DNA of 38,552 bases from an uncultured Elusimicrobia bacterium. Its GTDB lineage: Bacteria; Elusimicrobiota; Elusimicrobia; UBA1565; UBA9628. The notes under the pieces are model-generated. The model saw nothing but the letters and a program-made list of their open reading frames with translations, was not told the DNA's origin and ran no database searches. The position numbers and the translations under genes were made by a program. Positions within the stretch are counted from its first letter, which is position 1, and each line of letters starts with the position of its first letter. Shown here in pieces: positions 24,873 to 32,536 of the stretch. The stretch is from positions 1-38,552 of the forward strand of contig CAIQSZ010000370.1 in NCBI GenBank assembly GCA_903874575.1. Direction: 5' to 3'.

Positions 24873-26652
24873 CGGAGCAACGTCCGGAAGCAACTGGTCG
24901 AAGGCGCTGCTCAAGGTCGGCTACGCCTGCAATAATCGCTGTGTCTTCTGCCATTCGGAGTCGTTCCGGGTCATCCATCCCGAACTGACGACGCGGGACC
25001 TCCAGGCTCGGATACTGGAGGTCAAGGCGCGCGGCGTCGAGATGGTGGTTTTTTCCGGCGGCGAGCCGACGCTGCGTTCCGACATCTCTGAGTTGGCCCG
25101 TTTCGCGCATCAACAGGGGCTGAAAACCGGCTTTATCACGAACGGGCGTCGGTTCGCGTACCCCTCGTTCGTTCGGGATATGCGCGCCTGCGGGCTCCGC
25201 TTCGTTTATACGTCCTTCCATTCGCCCCTTCGTCGCGCTCATGAGTCGTCGAGCGGCGCCGACAGCCTCACGCAAGTCCTGGCCGCGTTGCGCCACTTGT
25301 CGCGTTCGGAAGTCGAACTGACCGTCAACACGGTCGTCACGCGCCATAACATCGGGAGCCTGTCGGAGGTCGTCGACCTTTTAGCCGCGTTCGCCCCCGC
25401 GAGGATTAAGTTCTCGGTCGTCGAGCCGAAGGGCGCGGCTCTCGAGAATCCGACGCTCTGTCCCCCGCTGAAGGAGAGCGCGGCGGCGATTTCGGACGCG
25501 ATCCGATATGGGGAATCAAGGCATCCGAACGTTCGCTTCGCTTGCGAAGGGCTGACGCCGTGCCTTATCGACGATTTCGACCGACTCAACGACGACCTGG
25601 TTTCGAACGGATTCGTGCTTTTTCAGGAGACGTTCGAGTCTCGTCCCGTCCGCCCCGATTACGGCAATCGCGCGAAAGCGGCGGCGTGTTGGGATTGCGC
25701 GCGGCACGATTCGTGCCCCGGCGTGTTTCAGGGCTATCTTTCCTCCGATCACGATCTCCCGATTCAGCCGCGGCCGAGCCGCATTTCCAATTCCTTCGTT
25801 TTCCTGCGCGGGGATCTCGCCGCCCCTCCGCGCGTCCCGGCGGAGTGCTCCTTGGAACGGGGCGACGTCCGCGGCATTTTCGTCGCCGAAGGGAATCGAC
25901 TGCGCTCGTATCGGACGCCCACGTCCGATTTTTCCGACGCCGAGATCGCGGAGACATTGCGTCTCGGCCAAGTGTATAAGACCCGCGGCGCGAAGCATAA
26001 GGGACTCGAGTATGGGCGCGACCTGGTCAAATACCGCGTCTCGCGGCTGTGCCGCTCGTGCGACCGTCGCGTCGGGTGCTCCCGCATCTACGAGAGGAGT
26101 CCGGGCAACGCCTTCGCTCCGTTGGAATCGGCGTTGGAGGACGTCGTGCGCGGCCTGCGCGGCGATATCCTGGAGGTCGGCTGCGGCAATATCCGGTTCC
26201 GAAGCGTACTCGAGGCCCTCGTTCGGGCGGGGCGCATGAGGTACGTCGGCATCGATCCGCATCTACCGCGGATGGCGGTTCCGCGCGGCATGTCGGTGCG
26301 CCGCGTCGATATCGAGGATTTCGACGCGGCCGCCGCCGCGTTCGATCATATCCTGATTTCGCGCAGCTACAACCATATCCGGCTTCCCTCCGTGGCTTTC
26401 CCGAAAATCCGACGATTATTGAGGGCGAAAGGCCGCTTGACCGTCGTCGACGGAGTTTCCTGCGGGATACTCCTGCCGCGTCGGCCTCCCGAGGCGTCCG
26501 CGTCGGAGTTCCAACACTATCGGAACCATTCGTCGGGGCAGGCTAAGGAGATGATCGCGTCGTTCGGCTTTTCCGCGGTCCGCGAGATCCCGGTCGATCC
26601 CGGCGGCGGCAGCGAGTGGCTGCTTTCCTTCCGCAAGAAGAGCCTCGAATGA
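24841..26652 (+). CDS. hxsC: radical SAM enzyme (HxsC-like, paralog 3) fused to a C-terminal class I SAM-dependent methyltransferase-like domain
   Basis: CNNRCVFC, FSGGEPTL, ITNGRRF and CWDCARHDSC (CxxCx5C). The C-terminal ~200 aa carry DILEVGCGNIRF, a motif I GxGxG-like sequence. No start codon exists after the hxsA stop. The candidate ATGs at 24841 and 24850 lie inside the hxsA repeat in the +1 frame, so the start is uncertain. Confidence 0.7.
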   Translation: MGAMAATGVGSGATSGSNWSKALLKVGYACNNRCVFCHSESFRVIHPELTTRDLQARILEVKARGVEMVVFSGGEPTLRSDISELARFAHQQGLKTGFITNGRRFAYPSFVRDMRACGLRFVYTSFHSPLRRAHESSSGADSLTQVLAALRHLSRSEVELTVNTVVTRHNIGSLSEVVDLLAAFAPARIKFSVVEPKGAALENPTLCPPLKESAAAISDAIRYGESRHPNVRFACEGLTPCLIDDFDRLNDDLVSNGFVLFQETFESRPVRPDYGNRAKAAACWDCARHDSCPGVFQGYLSSDHDLPIQPRPSRISNSFVFLRGDLAAPPRVPAECSLERGDVRGIFVAEGNRLRSYRTPTSDFSDAEIAETLRLGQVYKTRGAKHKGLEYGRDLVKYRVSRLCRSCDRRVGCSRIYERSPGNAFAPLESALEDVVRGLRGDILEVGCGNIRFRSVLEALVRAGRMRYVGIDPHLPRMAVPRGMSVRRVDIEDFDAAAAAFDHILISRSYNHIRLPSVAFPKIRRLLRAKGRLTVVDGVSCGILLPRRPPEASASEFQHYRNHSSGQAKEMIASFGFSAVREIPVDPGGGSEWLLSFRKKSLE

Positions 26653-28916
26653 CGAAAAGACGGCGCGTGCTGCTGGTGAATCCTCCGGCGCTCCTGGACC
26701 GGGATTTCATCGATTATCCTCAATTCGTCGGGTTGGGGGTCGCGTCGAACGCCGCGGCTCTGCGCGCGCGGGGGCTTGCCGTGACGGTGGCGGACGCCCA
26801 GATGTCGGCGCAGGCCGAGGTCGCGGCAAGGGACGACGGCCGAGTGCGGCTTGGCTGCGATCTGGAACGGCTTCTGAAGACCGTCCCCGGCGATTTCGAC
26901 GACGTCGTCGTCGGAGTGTCCCCCTACGCGAAGCCGCACGCGCGCACCGAATTCACCGCGCGGCAGTTCGCCGCGGCGCGCGCGCGCTTCCCTTCCGCGA
27001 GGCTGGTGGCGGCGGATTTCTATTTCGGCGGCATCCACTATATCGAGTACGACGGCGAACGGTTTTTGCGCGATTATCCCCAAGTGGACGCCGTGGTGAA
27101 ATATGAGGGCGAATCGGCGCTTGCCGCTCTTCTGAAGTCCTCCGGCCCGCTGCCGCGCGTGACGCGCGCGGTCGCGGAGGACATCCCGGTGGACTCCCTG
27201 CCTTATCCCGCTTGGGACCCGAAGTTCGTCGAAGGGCACGGAGACTTGTCGGCGAAGTTTTATGCCGCGAGCGGCCGTCCGGCGCCCTATCCGCCCGGCG
27301 TCGTGACCTTGCCCGCGGTGACTTCCCGGAGCTGCGCTTACCGCTGTTCCTTCTGCACCTCGAATCCGGGCCAGAGCCGAGCGTCGTTCCGGCCGCATGG
27401 GGCGGCTTACCTGCGGCGATATTTTTCCGAACTAAAAAATAAATTCTCCGTCCGACGCCTGGTCCTTCTTGACGGATGCGCCAATTACGATCCGGCGCGT
27501 TTCGACGAGATATTATCGATTATCGGAGAACTCGGCTTGCGCTGCGATTTCCCGAACGGGCTTCGAGCGGACAAATTGACTTTTGCGGCGCTCCGGGCGC
27601 TGAGCGCCGTCTCGGACGGCGTTTCCATCAGCGCGGAATCAGGCGATCCCGAGGTCCTTTCGCATATTTTTAAGAAAGGGATGGATCTTTCGGCCGTCGA
27701 GAGAGTCGCGTCCTGGTGCCGCGAGCTCCGGCTGCCTATAGGCATTCATTATATCGTCGGCGCTCCCGGGGAGACGCCGGAGAGCGTCAATCGGACCCTG
27801 CGCCACGCGTTGAGGATGACGGACGATTTCGGGGCCCGGCCGCTGCTGCAGAATTTCGTGCCTATTCCCGGCACGGCGCTTTATGGGGAGTGCGAGCGGC
27901 GGGGGCTTCTGAAGAGGTTCGACGCGGAGAATCTCCATCGATATTTTCAGGGAGAGCCGGCCCTGTCCACGCCCTCGCTGAGCCGGGCGAAGCTGTCGCG
28001 CATGGTCCGTCTGTTCCGGAGCAGGCTGGAGGCTTCGTCGCTGCAGAAAGTCATCGTCAACCTCACCTATCACTGCAACAACAACTGCCGGTTCTGCGCC
28101 GTCGGGGACCGGGGCAAGCGGCATGGGGACTTCGAGCGCTATGGGCGGCTTCTGGCCGACTATAGAAAGCGCGGAGTCACGGCTCTGGATTTGGACGGAG
28201 GCGAGCCGACGCTGTATCCGGAATTTTTTCCGCTCGTCCGCCTGGCGCGGCGATGCGGCTATGAGAAGATCACGGTCACGACCAACGGCCGGCGGCTCGC
28301 CGATCGCGCCTTCGCGGCTCGTTTTCTTCTCAGCGGCATCTCCGACCTGCTGATCTCCCTGCACGGGCATACGCCGGAGATCCACGAATATCAAACGAGA
28401 CGAAAGGGGAGCTTCGCCGAGGCCGTCCAGGGCCTCCGCCATGCGTTGAGGCTCAAGCCCGGCCGCATGACGGTGGGGGTCAATACCATGCTCCTCGCGG
28501 AGAACGCCCGGCATCTTCCGAGCTTCCTCGATTTCATGGATGAATTGGGGGTGGAGAAGGTGAACGTCCAACTGCTGACCCCCTTCGGCAACGCGGCGGC
28601 CGCGCCCGGTCGGGGCGATTTCGACGTCTACGGACATGCGGCTCGCGCGCTGCGGCGTCGGAAGAAGACGCCGGCCGTTCAACTCGTCAACGTCGTTCCC
28701 TGCCTGCTCGCGGGGCACGCGCGAGGCGTGCCGGCCGAACTCGGCAAGCATGGGCGGGAGATGGTGTTCGTGGACGCGGCTCCTCGCAATCTCGCCGCAT
28801 ACCTTGACGCTCGGAGGCATAAGACTGATCAATGTCGAGGCTGTGAATTTGATATCGGATGCGGCGGCTTCCATGTCTTCAACGCTGAAGAAGATCGAAC
28901 TGATCCTCTGGTTTAA
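26649..28916 (+). CDS. double radical SAM fusion: N-terminal class-B-like (B12-binding-like domain + rSAM) and C-terminal HxsC-like rSAM (paralog 4)
   Basis: The N-terminus RRVLLVNPPALLDRDFIDYPQFVGLGVASNAAALRARGLAVTVAD is B12-binding-domain-like. The first cluster motif is CAYRCSFC. The second half has CNNNCRFC, LDGGEPTL, TTNGRRL and CRGCEFDIGC (CxxCx5C). ATGA overlap with the upstream stop. Confidence 0.7.
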   Translation: MTKRRRVLLVNPPALLDRDFIDYPQFVGLGVASNAAALRARGLAVTVADAQMSAQAEVAARDDGRVRLGCDLERLLKTVPGDFDDVVVGVSPYAKPHARTEFTARQFAAARARFPSARLVAADFYFGGIHYIEYDGERFLRDYPQVDAVVKYEGESALAALLKSSGPLPRVTRAVAEDIPVDSLPYPAWDPKFVEGHGDLSAKFYAASGRPAPYPPGVVTLPAVTSRSCAYRCSFCTSNPGQSRASFRPHGAAYLRRYFSELKNKFSVRRLVLLDGCANYDPARFDEILSIIGELGLRCDFPNGLRADKLTFAALRALSAVSDGVSISAESGDPEVLSHIFKKGMDLSAVERVASWCRELRLPIGIHYIVGAPGETPESVNRTLRHALRMTDDFGARPLLQNFVPIPGTALYGECERRGLLKRFDAENLHRYFQGEPALSTPSLSRAKLSRMVRLFRSRLEASSLQKVIVNLTYHCNNNCRFCAVGDRGKRHGDFERYGRLLADYRKRGVTALDLDGGEPTLYPEFFPLVRLARRCGYEKITVTTNGRRLADRAFAARFLLSGISDLLISLHGHTPEIHEYQTRRKGSFAEAVQGLRHALRLKPGRMTVGVNTMLLAENARHLPSFLDFMDELGVEKVNVQLLTPFGNAAAAPGRGDFDVYGHAARALRRRKKTPAVQLVNVVPCLLAGHARGVPAELGKHGREMVFVDAAPRNLAAYLDARRHKTDQCRGCEFDIGCGGFHVFNAEEDRTDPLV

Positions 28917-29760
28917 ATGCAACTGCCGCTGCGCTTTCTGCGTCGTCGACGCGGAGACGGCGCGTCAGTCCATGACGACGGCCGAAGCCGTGCGTCACAT
29001 GGGGCGAGCCCGGAAGGAGGGCGCGAGCGCGGTGGATTTCGGCGGCGGGGAGCCGACGCTGCGCGACGACTTGGCCGCGCTCGTCCGGGCCGCCGCCGCG
29101 TTCGGGTATTCGGACATCGGCGTCAAGTCGAACGGATTGATGTTCTGCTATCCGGAATACGTCGAGACGTTGCGCCGCGCGGGGGCGGACCGTTTTTCCG
29201 TCTCCGTTTGGGGCGATTGCCCGTCCGTCCATGACGCGCTCTGCCGGACGCCGGGGGCCTTCGAGAAGATGGAGATGGGGATAAAAAACGTCGTCGATTC
29301 GGGGGGCGATCCTGAGGCCGAGGTTCTGCTGACCGTCGGGTCCGTCCCGCGGTTGGGGCGCATCGTGGGGGCGTTCGCGGACATCGGGGTGAAGCGGTTC
29401 CGGTTCTGGCTCTATTCGCTCTTCGGGGCGGATTCCCGTTTTCCGGAGCTTCTGCCGACGTTGACGGACGCGGGAGCGGCGATCTCGCGGACGTCCTCCT
29501 CCTTCGCATCCCGAGGACTGATTTTTTCGACGAGCCACGTCCCGCCCTGTTTTCTGCGCGCGCGGGGCGTCTACGCTCCCATTGCCGACGAAGGACTGCG
29601 CATCATCACGCCGGGCGGAGCGTTCGCCGCCGAGCGTTCGCCGTTCGAGGCCGGCGTCAAGACGCGGCGGTGCGCGGGATGCTCCCACGCCGACCGTTGC
29701 GGAGGGGTTCGTCACGAATATCTCCAGCGTTTCTCCGATGCCGAAATCACGCCGATCTGA
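28873..29760 (+). CDS. radical SAM enzyme, HxsC-like paralog 5
   Basis: CNCRCAFC, FGGGEPTL, KSNGLMF and CAGCSHADRC (CxxCx5C). The ATG at 28873 overlaps the previous gene by 44 nt. Confidence 0.7.
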   Translation: MSSTLKKIELILWFKCNCRCAFCVVDAETARQSMTTAEAVRHMGRARKEGASAVDFGGGEPTLRDDLAALVRAAAAFGYSDIGVKSNGLMFCYPEYVETLRRAGADRFSVSVWGDCPSVHDALCRTPGAFEKMEMGIKNVVDSGGDPEAEVLLTVGSVPRLGRIVGAFADIGVKRFRFWLYSLFGADSRFPELLPTLTDAGAAISRTSSSFASRGLIFSTSHVPPCFLRARGVYAPIADEGLRIITPGGAFAAERSPFEAGVKTRRCAGCSHADRCGGVRHEYLQRFSDAEITPI

Positions 29761-31156
29761 GGGGTTGCCGCCGGCGCAGGCGCGCGACTTTCAACGCTAT
29801 CTCGAAATGGCCCGCGGGCTTCCTTGGGAGGCCGAGCAGCTGCCGGCCTGCGAACTGCACGGCGCGCCGCTCTCCGGAGAGGCTGTCGGCGCGCTTTGGG
29901 CTCAGGCCGTCCGGGCGGGCTCTTTCGGGGGGGGCCTCGGCCTCTATTGCCACATTCCGTTCTGCGCGAGCCGTTGCGGCTATTGCCATTGCTTTTCCGA
30001 CGCCTTGAAGCGCCCGGATGAGTTAAGCGACCACCTCCGCCTGCTCTTGACGGAGATCTCTCTCTGGGGGCCGACGTTCGCCCGGAGCCGCTTCACCAAC
30101 GCCTACATCGGCGGCGGGACGCCCACGCTCCTGCCTCCGAAAGGCCTGGCGCTTCTATTGGGCGCGATACGAAGCGCCTTCCGTTTCACGGATGACGCTC
30201 AGATTACCGTCGAGTCCACGCCGAGGACCGCCGACGCGAACCGTTTGGCCGTCCTGCGCGCCCATGACGTCCGTCGCCTGAGTCTCGGCGTTCAATCCTT
30301 GGATCGCGCGGTGCTGGCCCGCGCGGATCGACAATGGCAGACCTTCGAGATGGTGGAACGCGCCTGCCTCAACGCCCGCCGGGCGGGGTTCCCCATCGTG
30401 AACGCCGACCTCATCGCGGGCCTTCACGGTCAATCCGTCGCCTCGCTCATCGCGGACGCGCAAGCGGTGGCTCGGCTGGGATTCGATACGATACACGTCT
30501 ACTACTTCGAACCGAACAAAGGCGCCTACGACGGCCGCGGTCGCCTCGGCGCCGCCTGGCGACGGCGCCGTCAGGCCATGCTGGCGGCGGTCGGTCCCGC
30601 CCTGGCTCCTTACGGCTACCGGGCCATCTTCGGCGAGACGATCTACGCGTTGCGCGAGGGGGCGGAGAACCGCTACGATTTCGAACGGTACTTCCGAGCG
30701 GGTTCGATCCTCGGTCTGGGATGGCAGGCTGAATCCCATGCTTTCCCGGGAACCAACTACAGACATCTTTCGAGGCAATCGTGGCAGGAAAGCCTTCGGG
30801 CCGGTCGCATGCCGCCCGTGCGGTCGTACCGGGGCGGACCGGACTGGGAAATGCGGGAGTTTCTCGTCTTCCGTCTGCGCCAAGGGGTCGATTATGGCGT
30901 TTTCCGGAGACTTTTCGGCTGTCGGCCTCAGGACGCGTTTCCGGCCGCCTTCCGCGCCCTCCGGCGGGCCGGCCGCCTTCGCGAGCGGACCGGCTTCGTT
31001 CAGGCGGTGTTCGGCTCACAGTTGGAGTATCTGGCCGTCACTTTGCATTTTTTCCCCGAAGAATCTCTTTTGAGGGCATTGTCGATGCGCCCATCGGTCC
31101 AGACGGATGGAGGGCGAGAGTCGCCCGTGCGTCGCGGCTCGCGCCCGGAGGCGTAG
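29738..31156 (+). CDS. HemN-like (class C) radical SAM enzyme
   Basis: YCHIPFCASRCGYCHC (CX3CX2C followed by an extra Cys), YIGGGTPTLL, SLGVQS and a HemN_C-like tail. The start is uncertain: ATG at 29738 or 29810. Confidence 0.75.
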   Translation: MPKSRRSEGLPPAQARDFQRYLEMARGLPWEAEQLPACELHGAPLSGEAVGALWAQAVRAGSFGGGLGLYCHIPFCASRCGYCHCFSDALKRPDELSDHLRLLLTEISLWGPTFARSRFTNAYIGGGTPTLLPPKGLALLLGAIRSAFRFTDDAQITVESTPRTADANRLAVLRAHDVRRLSLGVQSLDRAVLARADRQWQTFEMVERACLNARRAGFPIVNADLIAGLHGQSVASLIADAQAVARLGFDTIHVYYFEPNKGAYDGRGRLGAAWRRRRQAMLAAVGPALAPYGYRAIFGETIYALREGAENRYDFERYFRAGSILGLGWQAESHAFPGTNYRHLSRQSWQESLRAGRMPPVRSYRGGPDWEMREFLVFRLRQGVDYGVFRRLFGCRPQDAFPAAFRALRRAGRLRERTGFVQAVFGSQLEYLAVTLHFFPEESLLRALSMRPSVQTDGGRESPVRRGSRPEA

Positions 31157-31157
31157 C

Positions 31158-32300
31158 GTGACCTCCGTCAAAGGAAGCCCGGAAATATATCTCGACAATG
31201 CCGCCACCACGCCGCTGCGCCCGGCCGCGTTGCGCGCGATGATGGATTGCTCCCGGCGTTTCTACGGCAATCCCTCCTCGTGGCATCGCAAGGGCGTCGA
31301 GGCGTCTCGGGCCGTGGAGAAAAGCCGCCGAATCCTCGCGCTGGCTCTGGGTTGCGAGCCGGACGAGATCGTCTTCACTTCCGGGGGTACGGAAGCCAAT
31401 AATCTCGCCGTCAAAGGGGTGGCGCGGGCTTTAGGGAGGCGCCGGGCCCACGCCGTCGTCTCGGCCGTCGAGCATCCCAGCGTGGCGGCCGCCGTCCAGT
31501 CGCTGAAGGCGCGGGGCTGGTCGATCACCGTCGTGAAGACGGACGAAGATGGGATGGTCGCGCCCCGCCGCGTCGCCGAGGCGCTGACCTCCTCCACCGC
31601 TTTGGTCAGCGTCATGCACGCCAACCATGAGATCGGGACGATCGAGCCCATCGCCGAGATCGGCCGCCTCTGTCGACGGGCCGGAGTCCTCTTTCACAGC
31701 GACGCCTGCCAAAGCTTCATGAAGGAGCCGCTGGATTTGAGACGGGTTGCGGTGGATTTGGTCAGCGTCAACGCCCACAAACTCCATGGACCAAAGGGCG
31801 TCGGCGCCTTGGTCGCGCGCCGAGGATCGTCTCTGGCGCCGCTCCTGGACGGGGGCGGACAGGAAGGCGGACGTCGTTCCGGGACCCACAATACCCCCGC
31901 CATCGCGGGGTTCGCCGCCGCCGTGGAGGACTCCGACCCCGGGGCGCCCGAGAAGATGCGGCGTCTGCGTGACAGGCTCTTTGCGGCGCTCGTTCGGACG
32001 ATACCGGGGCTGAGCCTTAATGGGCCGCGTCATGGCCGCCTCTGCAGCCATCTGAATCTGCTGCTGCCGGGGCTCCAGGCCAAGCCCTTCCTCCAAAAAC
32101 TCAGCGCCGCGGGGATATACGCTTCCGCCGGAGCGGCCTGTTCCTCAGCCAAGACCACTCCTAGTCCCGTGCTGCTCGCCATTGGAAGGACTCCCGAGCA
32201 GGCGTCGTGCAGCGTGCGCTTGAGTTTGAGCCGCTCGACCACTCCGTCCCAGATCGACGCGGCGGCTCGGACGATGGCGTCGCTCGCCCGCGGCCTATGA
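31158..32300 (+). CDS. cysteine desulfurase (NifS/IscS-like, class V aminotransferase)
   Basis: IYLDNAATTP, TSGGTEANN, PLP-lysine context SVNAHKLHGPKGVGAL, RSGTHN and active-site loop SAGAACSS. A GTG start at 31158 lies 1 nt after the upstream stop. The ATG at 31107 would overlap by 50 nt. Confidence 0.8.
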   Translation: MTSVKGSPEIYLDNAATTPLRPAALRAMMDCSRRFYGNPSSWHRKGVEASRAVEKSRRILALALGCEPDEIVFTSGGTEANNLAVKGVARALGRRRAHAVVSAVEHPSVAAAVQSLKARGWSITVVKTDEDGMVAPRRVAEALTSSTALVSVMHANHEIGTIEPIAEIGRLCRRAGVLFHSDACQSFMKEPLDLRRVAVDLVSVNAHKLHGPKGVGALVARRGSSLAPLLDGGGQEGGRRSGTHNTPAIAGFAAAVEDSDPGAPEKMRRLRDRLFAALVRTIPGLSLNGPRHGRLCSHLNLLLPGLQAKPFLQKLSAAGIYASAGAACSSAKTTPSPVLLAIGRTPEQASCSVRLSLSRSTTPSQIDAAARTMASLARGL

Positions 32301-32536
32301 CCGAATCCGAAGAGACCCTTGATCTTCGCGGCGTTCCTTGTCCAGCCAACGCGGCTCGGGCGCTGATGGCGCTCGAGGGGTGCGAGGCCGGAGACCTGCT
32401 GAGGCTACTGCTGGACGACGGCGAGCCCATCGAGAACGTGCCTCCCTCGCTGGAGGAGCAGGGCCATGCCGTGGTCGGGAAATCCTGGCGGGGAGGGGCG
32501 TGGGAACTGTCGGTGAGGGCGGGAGGTCCATCCTGA
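32297..32536 (+). CDS. TusA/SirA-like sulfurtransferase
   Basis: LDLRGVPCPANA matches the DxRGxxCPxP persulfide-carrier motif. About 79 aa. ATGA overlap with the cysteine desulfurase gene. Confidence 0.75.
   Translation: MTESEETLDLRGVPCPANAARALMALEGCEAGDLLRLLLDDGEPIENVPPSLEEQGHAVVGKSWRGGAWELSVRAGGPS

Noticed and set aside
24306-25347. Minus-strand ORFs (24306..24752 and 24493..25347) reading through the repeat as Arg/Gly/Cys or Val/Ala/Met repeats
   Set aside because: These are antisense artefacts of the GC-rich 9-nt repeat. They have no RBS, overlap well-supported plus-strand genes (hxsB end, hxsA, hxsC) and show a junk-like composition.
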